A DNA stretch of 64,000 bases, from NCBI GenBank assembly GCA_043228905.1, contig JBHGNT010000021.1, positions 8,742,001-8,806,000 of the forward strand, read 5' to 3'. The notes beneath the pieces are model-generated. The model worked only from the letters and a program-made list of their open reading frames with translations. It was not told the DNA's origin and made no database searches. Below, one piece after another: positions 1 through 10,369 of this stretch (positions are counted from its first letter, which is position 1; each line of letters starts with the position of its first letter). Both the position numbers and the translations under genes were made by a program. This DNA comes from Azolla caroliniana (Eukaryota > Plantae > Polypodiophyta).

Positions 1-1629
1 TAACCGGCTAGTTCCTCGAGTGCTAACCGGTCTCTTGCCGGTTGGGTCTGCTCATCGTAGAATCGATCCTTACAGGTCGACTCGGAGTTCATTATCTTCT
101 TCTCCGACTCCCAGTCGGCGAGCGTCTTGTCCTCCATGAAGATAATATCTCGACTCCGGAATACCTTCTTGTCGACCAGGTCCCACACTCGGTAGCCGAA
201 CTCATCGTCGCCATAACCAAGGAATATGCATGGCCGGGTCTTTGGATCTAACTTTCCTCTCCGATCCTTAGCTACATGCACGTACGCGAGACACTCGAAT
301 ACCTTCAGATGCCGGTACGACACTTCCTTACCGGTCCATACTCTCTGTGGCGTGTCTCCGTCCAAGGGTACTGAGGGTGATCTGTTTATCACATATGTCG
401 TCGTCGAGAGTGCCTCAGCCCAAAACTTCTTGGGTAGTTTTGCATACGCTAGCATACTCCGGACCCTCTCCATTATGGTCCGGTTCATCCTCTCTGCCAG
501 CCCGTTTAGTTCCAGCGTCTTCGGCACGGTAAATTCGAGCCGGATTCCCTTCGAGCGACAGTATTCCTCGAACTGCCCCCGGTATTCACCTCCGTTATTT
601 GTTCGAACCGCCTTCAGCTTCCGGCCAGTTTCTCTTTCCACTCTCACGTGGAGCTCTTTGAAGACGGATTGCACCTGATCCTTCGTCTTCAATGGTGTGG
701 CCCACAGCTTCCGGTTGTGGTCATCTATGAACGTCACAAAGTACTGCGATCCTGCATGTGACTTCGTGTCCACTTGACATACATCCGTATGCACCAACTC
801 CAGTGGCGCATTACGTCTCATCGGTGGCTTTGATCGGAAGGAGGTCCAGTTTTGCTTACCGGCCAGACAATCAGTGCACTTCTCCAAGTGCACGTTCTTC
901 ACTAGAATGAGGTTGTCGTCTGCAAGCCTCTTCATCCCCTTCTCGCTCATGTGACACAGCCTTTTGTGCCACAGCTCACCAGCAATGTCGGATGCCACAT
1001 TCACTTCCTCCGGACATAACCGGGCATTCATGAGGTACAGAGTGTTGACCTTCCAGGCCCGAGCCACAATCAGGCTCCCTTTGCTGAACTTCATGACACC
1101 GTTCCGGATGCTACCCGTGTAGCCTTCATCGTCTAGCCGACCGGCTGATATCAGATTCAGTCGAACATCCTTCAGCAACAACTTGCATCCGGTTGGTGTT
1201 GACAGCCACACGTCTCCTATGCCGACAATTCGGCATGTACCTTCATTCCCCATCCGGACACAGCCGTGATCACCGGCTGAGTAGGATGAGAAGCATTTCC
1301 GGTCCGGGGTAAGGTGGAACGACGCTCCGGAGTCTACCACCCAGGTCATCTCGTCGCCGGCAAGGTTTATCTCACTCTCCTCGGTGATGAGCATCAACTC
1401 TTCTTCACTTGCCGCAATTGCCGTCATTCCCTTCCGGTTCGGCCCCCTCCGGTCTTTACCATTCCGGTCCGGGGTCCGCTTCGAATCGGTACCGTCGGTC
1501 TCCTTATCTTTTTGGAAATGCCGACAGTTCTTCTAGAAGTGTCCCGGCTTGCCGCAATAGAAGCAAGTAGGCCTCCCTCTTGACTTTGACCATGTCCCTG
1601 ACTTCTCCCAGTTCTGGGGACTACGGTTT
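1..1629 (-). mobile_element. Ty1/copia fragment, family B (Tnt1/Tork-like): gag zinc knuckle, protease, GAG-pre-integrase, integrase; runs off window start
   Basis: Minus-strand translation gives CFYCGKPGHF.KNCRHF, TWVVDSGASFHLTP, LWHKRLCHMSEKG, LELVHTDVC...YFVTFIDD, NGLAERMNRT, CIFLGYGDDEFGYRVWD. Same gag segment as the element at 20070. Confidence 0.93.
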
Positions 1630-1637
1630 CCCATATA

Positions 1638-1790
1638 TCCCATAAACCCTAATTTCCTTACGGAAGCCATTAACCCTAATTTTCCTTATGGAAGCCATAT
1701 CTCCCATAAACCCTAATTTCCTTACGGAAGCCAAAAACCCTAATTTTCCCTATGGAAGCCATATCTCTCAAAACCCCTAATTTTTCTTCT
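1638..1790. repeat. Degenerate tandem repeat of a ~28-35-bp telo-box-containing unit (AAACCCTAATTTCCTTA[C/T]GGAAGCCAT); related copies at 2604-2680
   Basis: About five units visible directly; the same motif recurs ~900 bp downstream in direct orientation. Confidence 0.85.
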
Positions 1791-2691
1791 CTATTAAACT
1801 TAGTAAACCTAAACTTCTGAATCCCAATCTTACGACATATTGTAATTTCTTTTCCTTTGTTAATGGAAATTATTAAATTTCTTATTTCTCTTAATTGTTA
1901 AAAGTATGAACACACGAATATGATATCCTCTGGTCGGAGGCCCCGGGGTCCTGCCTCAAGTTCACGTGTTCTCGTCGTATTTTCGCGACACCCGCACCAT
2001 CACTCGCCGATGTCATGTTCGTAGCCACCTTCATTCGGACACCGTGGTCCATGGCTATCTCTTCCTCGATTCCGCAAGCCTCAATTATGCTTGCTACCTC
2101 CTCGTAGAATGTTTCGGGCAATCACGTTCCGAAACTTACGCCCACTCTCGAAGTGGTGTTCATTGTTGCGTAGTTCCCGTCCTTATCTGTGGCCGTCCTT
2201 TTCCTACAACACGAGAGGGTGGCTCGCTCCATAACAGACCGGCCGGACAGAACTACCCAGAATCGGGCCAGATGTGGACTAGACGGATTGGATGGGCGAC
2301 AGTCAAGACAAACAAATCAAGCACGTGCTGAGGTGTACGGATGATAGGATCATGCGGCCGAACAAAAGTAAAGTAAAGTAAATTGAAGTAAAGGTTATGT
2401 GGACACATGCAACTGAATGTGGAAGCCATTCAGCTAAAGTAAAGGTCATGTGTGGATGCATGCAATTGGATTGGAGATGCAAACTAGAGTTCTTCATGCA
2501 AGGGAATCTTCGAGTGGTAACGGGGAATTTGGAGCGAAGAGGAAAGGGGGAGAGAAGTTTTTGGGGAAGGAGGGAAGGAAAAAAAAAATTGGCGATCATT
2601 GAAGAAACCCTAACCCTAATTTCCTTATCGAAGCCATAACACTCAAGAACCCTAATTTTTCTTATTTAAGCTATCTCTCGATAATCCCAAT

Positions 2692-3447
2692 TGACGGGAA
2701 ACAAACGCTCGTTATGCGCAACGCTCAGCCACAACCGAGCTTAGAATCATACACAGAAAACGGGAAAGGTGAAGACACAACACAAAGGAGAGAAAAGTAC
2801 ACAGGATGTTTACGTGGAAAACCCAAACTAAGGGAAAAACCACGGCAGCCCACAGGCTGCAAACTATCACTATGTTAGAATGTACAACAGTGAGTTCATG
2901 GAGGCAACGACCTCGTGCTCACGATCTTCGCCACAGGTGGCGGTTACAGCAGAGGCAACGACCTCTTCCTCTCTCTCTCTCTCTCTGTACACTGTTACAC
3001 ACACTCACTTCTTACACCAACAAGAATGACAACAACACAACAAAAGTTTGCCCTAAGTCATATTTATACTAATATGACTTTTCGGCTATTTACAAATATA
3101 GCCTCAATGGACTCTCAGAAACATATTTACAAATATGTCTCTTCATCCGGTGAGCACTCCTCACCAGGTCTTCACCATCCGGCTCTCCGTAGCCGGGTAC
3201 TCCTCATCCGGTTCTCACCGGGTCTTCACCATCCGGCTCTCCGTAGTCGGGTACTTCTCATCCGGTTCTCACCGGGTCTTCACCATCCGGCTCTCCGTAG
3301 CCGGGTATTCCTCATCCGGTTCTCACCAGGTCTGCACCATCCGGCTCTCCGTAGCCGGATACTTCTCATCCGGTTTCGGCCTCGACCGAGTTTGCTCATC
3401 AGGACTGTTCTTCTCCCTTCCCATCCGGAGGGACCTGTCTCCCAACA
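2692..3447 (-). mobile_element. Copia family-B LTR (TGTTGGGAGACAGGTCCC...TTCCCGTCA on minus strand), no matching TSD
   Basis: TG...CA termini; strong similarity to 11885-12643 and weaker similarity to the PBS-followed LTR at 20070-20659; flanks CCAAT / GGAGA differ. Confidence 0.9.
3160..3376. repeat. 54-bp tandem repeat (about 4 copies) in U3 of family-B LTR
   Basis: Seen as the repeating 18-aa translation SPGLHHPALRSRVLLIRF; same array at ~12357-12572. Confidence 0.95.
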
Positions 3448-3800
3448 GGAGAGACAAAGAGAGAACACACAAAAACTCAATTCAAAAAATACTAACTCTC
3501 TATGTACATACATCGTGCTCAGTGAGCACCTTTTATACAAGCCCTGACAATGGGCTGACACAAGTACTGACAGTATTTGACTGCTCATTAATGAGCCTTG
3601 ACTCTTACTCCCAAAACTATTCCTTACGAGGAATATCTCTCTAACGGCCTTTCGGTTTACACACCGATACGCTTTTCCACGCACCGGTCTGCATACCAGT
3701 TTACGCATCTGTTTTACGAACCGGTCCGGCCTAACCGATCAGTCCCAACCGATCTGGTCCTCAGCTTGCTCAGCCGATCTGACCGATGTTGAGCTTGTCT

Positions 3801-6800
3801 CTAAACACTCCCCCTCAAGCTCAACTTGACGCTCTTCCGGATCTTCCGGATCACCGCTCTGGTTCCCCCTGGCTCGGCTTCCTCCGATCGGTTTTCGTTC
3901 TCATCCGAGTTGGTTGTCTCCAACTTGTCTTCAGTCTTCTGGCCATTGATGGCTTCGTCTCGCCCACACTTGGTTGGCTTCGGCTCTTCCTTTCGACTGC
4001 TCCCCTTATGTCCGCTTCCGGAATCTTCCGCAGGTCCGCCCTCGGCTTCTTCAGCCGATCCAAAATCGAATTCATCATCCGACTTGGCGTCGCGGGCTTC
4101 TCTCCCCCTTCCGTGGTCATCTCTCACCCACAAATTCGGCACATCGAGGTGACGCAACCCAAGCACACTGGAGAATTGCCGCAACTTGTCCAGACCAAGA
4201 GGCTTGGTGAAGATGTCGACGGTCTGCCGATCCGTCGGAACATACTGAAGTTCGACTTCACCGGAGAGAACACGCTCACGGACGAAATGATAGTGCATCT
4301 CAATGTGCTTAGTCCGGGTGTGGAAAACGGGGTTCTTGGCAAGTTGGATGCTATTGAGGTTGTCACAGTAGATAGTCGTTGGATCGGACACCTCCACTTG
4401 CAGATCCTTAAGTAGCCGCTTCAACCATATGGCTTCGCATGTCGCGACAGCCACTCCTCTATACTCGGCCTCGGTGCTCGACAACGCAACTGTCGGCTGC
4501 TTCTTACTGCTCCATGCTATCACGGCACTCCCAAGAGAGAACGTGTATCCGGACGTGGATCGACGATCGGCGGCGTTGCCAGCCCAATCAACATAAGTGT
4601 AGCCAACCAACTGCAAGGTTGTACTGGTCCAATATAGCAATCCCCTGTCCTTAGTGCCGCTTACGTACCGCAGTACGTGTTGTGCACACTAAAGGTGCTC
4701 CTTGGTAGGTCGCGCCATGAATTGACTGATCACCCCGACCGGATAACTGAGATCGGGTCGGGTGATTGTCAAGTAGATAAGGCTTCCGACAATTTGTCGG
4801 AACCTCGTCGGGTCGCATACCTTTCCAGAATTGGGGCGAAGCTTGACGGTTCTATCCAGAGGAGTTGAGACAGACTTACAGTCGTCCATCCCTAATTTGA
4901 AGAGCATATTCAGCGCGTAATGACGTTGGCTGATCAGTAGGCCTTCGGGGGTGCGGATCACTTCGATCTCGAGGAAGTAATGAAAGTCCCCTAGATCCTT
5001 CATGTCGAATGATGCCACAAGTTGGAGCTTCACTTGGTCGATTTCACCTAGGTCGGCGTCGGTGATGACAAAGTCATCAACATATAGTAAAATACTGACC
5101 GGACCGAGTCGACCTTTCCGGATGAGCAGGGAAGAGGCCGATTTCAACATTGCAAAGCCCATCCGACGCAGTTGCTGCGTGATCTTCACGTTCCAGGCAC
5201 GCGGGGCTTGCTTCAATCCGTAAAGGGACTTCTTCAATCGGCACACTGCCGACGTGTTCGTTCCGAAGTGAAATCCGGGGGGTTGTACCATGTACACCTG
5301 TTCCTCAAGCTCACCTTGCAAGAACGCATTCTTTACATCCATCTGATGTAAGTGCCACCCCTTCGCCGCAGCTACCACTAGCAAAACACAGACGATTGTC
5401 ATCTTCGCAATCGGCACAAATGTCTCATCGTAATCGATGCCATGTTTCTGCACGTAGCCTTTTGCCACTAACCGGTCCTTGTATCGGTTGACCGAGCCGT
5501 TGGTGTTGTACTTGACCTTGTATACCCACCTACATCCGATCGGCTTCACACACTTCGGTGCGTCAACCAAGTCCCAAGTCTCGTTTTCCGCCAATGCGTG
5601 CATCTCTTCCTCCATCGCGGCGCGCCAATTCGTGTCCTTAGCCGCTTCTGCGTAGCTCTCCGGCTCACACACTTCCGCTACACGAGTCATGTACGGATAA
5701 TGATGTGCCATGTACTCATTGTATCCGAACCGCACAACTGGGTTCTTTTGGCGGGTAGATCAGCATAATTGCTCATCAGCCGTTGTTGAGGCTTTCCTGG
5801 CCGACGTGGACTTCAGCCTCGAAGACCCGTCGTCACTTCCCTCGGAGTTGGATTCGTATCGATCCGACTCGTTCCTATCCGTGCCGTAATCCAGCACCTT
5901 CTTCTTCCCTTTTTCTTTGCGCATAAGCCGTCTCCTCGGCTTCCTGCGCGGGGAATGCACGGCCGAGTCCCCGCTACTCGCCGGCTCTTCATCGGACTAG
6001 TCGAACCAACTCAGTCGTCCATTTGGTCCACTTAACCAAAACGAAATCAAACTCTCTTCGCGGGTCCCGATTTCAGGCTCATCCAGAGGCATCTCGGCCT
6101 CGCTGAACTCATCATCAGAACTCAGATTGGAGGCAAGGTCCGGAGTCGGGGGCAAGTACCAGGACGCGGACTCATCAAACACAACGTCGCGGCTCACGCG
6201 CGCTTGTTTGGTGTGTGGGTTATAACACTTATAACCTTTCTGCTCGTCCGAATAGCTGACCAAGATACATTTCTTGGCCTTTGCATCTAGCTTTCTCTGT
6301 TTCTCCTTCGGCACATGCACATACGCAATGCTACCGAAAACTCGTAAGTGTCGCAAGTTTGGCTTCGTTTCGAAGTATAGCTCGTGCGCCGACACTTTGT
6401 ATCCGATCCGGTTCTGGATGTACACTGTTGTCCTTACCAGCTCAGCCCAGTAGAACTTGGGCAAGCTCTTCTGCTCCAGCATTGCCTGTGCCGCTTCCAC
6501 AACCGACCGATTTTTCCTCTCGGCCACGCCGTTTTGCTCTGGCGTGTATCTACAACTGAATTCGTGCTGAATTCCCATCTGTTGTAGATAACCGTTGAAT
6601 TGACCGGAAAAGTATTCTTTTCCGCCATCCGACCGCAAGCACCTAATCTTTCTTCTTGTTTCCATTTCCACGAACCCTTTGAGGTCCCAGAAACAGTCGA
6701 AGACTTCGCTCTTCCTCTCAATGAGGTAGATCCATGTGTGCCGCGTGTAGTCGTCGATGAAGGAGACGAAATATCGGCTCCCGCCAAGACTAACATTTTG

Positions 6801-8423
6801 TGTCGGACCCCACACATCGGACTGTATCATGTCAAGCTTGTTCTGACTCCGGTTACGCTCGTTGGGGAAAGGAAGTCGGTGTTGCTTCCCAAGCTGGCAG
6901 GCTTCACAAATCTGTGCCTTCTGGCCGCTAAATTTGGGCAATCCGAACACCACTTGTTTCGATTGCAGGTCTTGAAGCCGCTGGTAGTTGACGTGGCCTA
7001 TCCTCTTGTGCCATAAGTTGATGTCCGACTCAACTTTTTGTCCCTTCGCGAACATTGCGGTGCCACCGTCAGTAGAGTCGAGGATGAACATCCTCCCATC
7101 TCTGCGCCCTTGCGCAATAACACAGCCTTCTTCCTCAATGAAGCACCCGAGGTGTGTAAACCGGACCTCCATCCCTTGGTCGACGATCTGTCCGACCGAC
7201 ACCAAGTTCTTCATGATTGTCGGAACGTGTAGCACGTTCATGAGTTTCCCTTTCTGCCCGACATGGCTCAGGGGAACTTCTCTGACATTCGCAATCGGAT
7301 GCGGAGTGTCGTCTCCAGTTGCGACTACTCCCGATTGCATCGGTTTTTCTAGGTATGAGAACCACTCCTTATGTCTCATCATGTGATTTGACGCGCCGAA
7401 GTCGACGTACCACACCTCGTCCGATTTCGGGGTGGTCTGCTTCATTGAGTTTGCTTCGTGTCTCGTCACAAAGACTGACCCTTTTCCGGCTTCTCCAGAT
7501 CCTTCGGCGTAATGCGATCATTGCCAATTTCCTTTGTTGGTCTGTCCGGAACCTGATCCGGAGCTGGTTCTCTCCGAATCAGCGCGCTTTTTCCAGCACT
7601 CGCTCTCCCTGTAGCCTTTCTTGCCACAGTACCAACATTCCGCAGCGGATTTCCCTTGCCGGTTCTCGTCGTCTCGACTCCCCCTGTTTCCGGAGGGTCC
7701 GGAATTGCTGTCGGCATCACTTCGATGCCTTCTTCCTTGATCCCGTCGGTCGCCTCCATTACGTACCGACTCGCCTCGTCCACCACGACCACGGGGCCTA
7801 TCTCCCTCTGTATACTGCATCTTGTTTTCGGCATGCGTGCTTGTCGACGCACCCGCGTGGTTCTCCTCTATAAGGAGCATCGACTGTAAGTCGAAAAATG
7901 ACGGTGTATTCTCCCGTGTACACACAGCAGTTCGGAACGCTCCGAACTTTGACGCCAAACCCCCGAAATAGACCTGGACCATCTCGCTTTCCTCGATGTT
8001 CACATTGATGGAAGCTAAGGAGTCGTAGATGTCCTTGATCTTCGAGGTATAGTCAGCCACCGACAAATCGCGTTGTCGTAGGTTGCTAAACTCCTGTCGG
8101 AGCTGAAGCTTCCTGGCTGTGGTGCTCGCAACGAAGATCTTCTTTAGATTTTCCCATGCACCCTTCAGCGTTTTTGCATCCCGAACATAGCTTAATAGTT
8201 GTTCGCCCACACAAGACGCGAAACAGTACAGCACTCTGCTCGCCGATTGTTCCCACGTCGGGAAGTCTTTGTGTGTTGACTCGGGTGCTGTGTCATTTGC
8301 TCCGTCGACATAGCTCCAGTAACCATGTCCGAGCAGGTACTAGTGCATCTTGTAAGACCAAGACGCGTAGTTGTTTCTGTCGAGCTTCTCCGTCAGAAGC
8401 GAGCTAGCCATGCCTCTATCCAT
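3801..8423 (-). pseudogene. Copia gag-pol polyprotein (~1540 codons, single frame, 5 premature stops)
   Basis: ORF pieces 7518-8234, 5997-7469, 5760-5960, 4689-5735 and 3801-4640 share one frame. Motifs: CWYCGKKGY.ESEC, WYVDFGASNHM, LWHKRIGH, FIDDY..SDGGKEY..QNGVAERKNR, QMDVKNAFL..LYGLKQAPRAW..LLYVDD, STEAEY..YCDN..DIFTK. Confidence 0.95.
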
Positions 8424-8488
8424 CAGTTTTGCCTGTTCTTCTTGTTTGGTTTTTCTATCAAGCTATGTCTGCTGCAGAGGTTCTCAAC

Positions 8489-8506
8489 CCTCGCGCTTTG
8501 ATACCA
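8489..8506 (-). promoter_or_regulatory. Primer binding site (initiator tRNA-Met)
   Basis: Reverse complement reads TGGTATCAAAGCGCGAGG directly after the LTR ...CA end. Confidence 0.9.
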
Positions 8507-9761
8507 TGTAAAAGATTATGTGCGGAAGCAATAGAAAACCAAACACACAAAAAATACACAGGTTTAATGGAGAGCTTGAGTATACACAGTATGCAGGAGA
8601 GACATAGAGAGAACACACAAAAACTCAATTTAAAAAATACTAACTCTCTGTGTACATACATCGTGCTCAGTGAGCACCTTTTATACAAGCCCTGACAATG
8701 GGCTGACACAAGTACTGACAGTACTTGACTTCTCATTAATGAGCCTCGACTCTTACTCCCAAAACTATTCCTTACGAGGAATATCTCTCTAACGGCCTTT
8801 CGGTTTACGCACCAATACGGCCTTCCTACGCACCGGTCTGCGTACCAGTTTACGCATCCATTTTATGCACCAGTCCGGCCTAACCGATCCGGTCGATGTT
8901 GAGCTTGTCTCTCAACAAAAAATGCCAGAAAGAATAGTTCTTTACATTTGGACAAAGATTTCAACTCTACACCCCTTTGAGTATCGACAACAACCCTAAC
9001 CCCCAAAACATTTATTTTTTGTTACTATATCCAAAAATATTTATTTTTTGGGAATAGGGCAAGGTTAACATTTAAGCATTGTACACGTATTGTTGAGTTC
9101 CATTTTATTGATTTTACTGTCGTGACGTGCTCTTCAATTAGTTTTCTCAAGATTTTCTAGACATGCATGAGGTTGCCATCCCATTGCTCATGGGTTTCTA
9201 CTCAAAGAGAATCATCTCAATAGGCATGATGATTCTTCTTAGTCATATACAAGTGAACCTATGTATTCTAGTTCACAACTTTGTAAGAGGTCTTAATGCC
9301 CATAGCGTCATGTGGAGTGCTTGGGTCTAATGAAGCCTAGACATTGCCAAGAGTTAGCTATAGTTTATGTTCTTGAAGCCCTGTACTTGACTATTACATT
9401 AACGATGTAGGGGGTTGCTCTTTGAATGTGGGACCATGAACTCTTCAAGAAAGTGTGTGAACATTTCATTCATGGAATGATATCTTTAAATGCTTATTAC
9501 TTATTGTATGCAACCAAACTATGTGATGATTTATTCATATCAAAGTTGGATTATGGTTTCATACATCATTTTTAACTGGTGCTTTAGCCTCAACCAACTA
9601 TGTGCAATAATCAATTGTATTATGCATACTTTTTTGTTGAATCCTAAGCTAATAGTGTCGTTATAAGATTAGAAAGGTGTAGGAAATGTGTCACGCAATT
9701 ACTATACATGTGCAAATCTCCCAATCCAAAGGTATGATGACCATTCGTTAAGGTGCACACT

Positions 9762-9762
<1 letters not shown>

Positions 9763-9839
<77 letters not shown>
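9763..9839. repeat. (GATA)n microsatellite
   Basis: About 19 perfect GATA units. Confidence 0.98.
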
Positions 9840-10198
9840 CGTTATTCACAAGAGACCCTTTGTAATTTATTAGACAAGGCTTGACCCATTGAGATCAATA
9901 AAGTTGGGTTCTCTCAATTTTATGACTTCGATGCTATAATGTAACTACCAAGCCACTTCAACCAACAAAAAAGGGGAGAGTTTTTTACCATGGTATAATG
10001 GATTTAAGCAAACCGTAGGAAGGCAAAGTGAAATATAAAGACCAAGGCTATATTTAATTTTGCATATATTAATCCTACAATTGCACCCATCATCTTTGGA
10101 AAACAAATAGGTTGTACAAAAGATGAAGGACTTAATGAAGGCTTGGATAAGTGAAAGCACCTGCAATAAAAAAGTTGTTATACAATCGATCATATTTG

Positions 10199-10201
<3 letters not shown>

Positions 10202-10239
<38 letters not shown>
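10202..10239. repeat. (GA)n microsatellite
   Basis: Direct inspection. Confidence 0.98.
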
Positions 10240-10369
10240 ATACACCTAGATGGGTCTTGTTTTTTTATTAGTGAGAGATGTTCAAGATATTCCTAAGTTG
10301 AATATTTATCATTTATATCAAATGCCAGACTAGGTTGCTTGCTTTGCCCCATACTAAGTAATATTAGTG

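Larger units (their letters stand above)
3448..8917 (-). mobile_element. Near full-length Ty1/copia retrotransposon, family A (5' LTR 8507-8917, truncated 3' LTR 3448-3807)
   Basis: Two homologous LTRs; PBS TGGTATCAAAGC adjoining the 5' LTR; PPT AGCTTGAGGGGGAG adjoining the 3' LTR; gag-PR-IN-RT-RH domain order. Confidence 0.97.

Noticed and set aside
1638-1790. Interstitial telomere array
   Set aside because: Single AAACCCTAA motifs within a longer unit, not tandem (CCCTAAA)n.
2915-3644. 210-aa and 169-aa ORFs with 18-aa repeats
   Set aside because: Arise from the 54-bp LTR tandem repeat and span an LTR-LTR junction.
3786-7873. Antisense ORFs within the copia element (e.g. 3786-4415, 6600-7016, 7319-7873)
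   Set aside because: Expected shadow ORFs opposite GC-rich coding sequence; no motifs.
9000-10200. Possible host-gene exons (hydrophobic minus-strand frames near 9945-10170)
   Set aside because: No recognisable domain, stops in all frames and no coherent exon chain.
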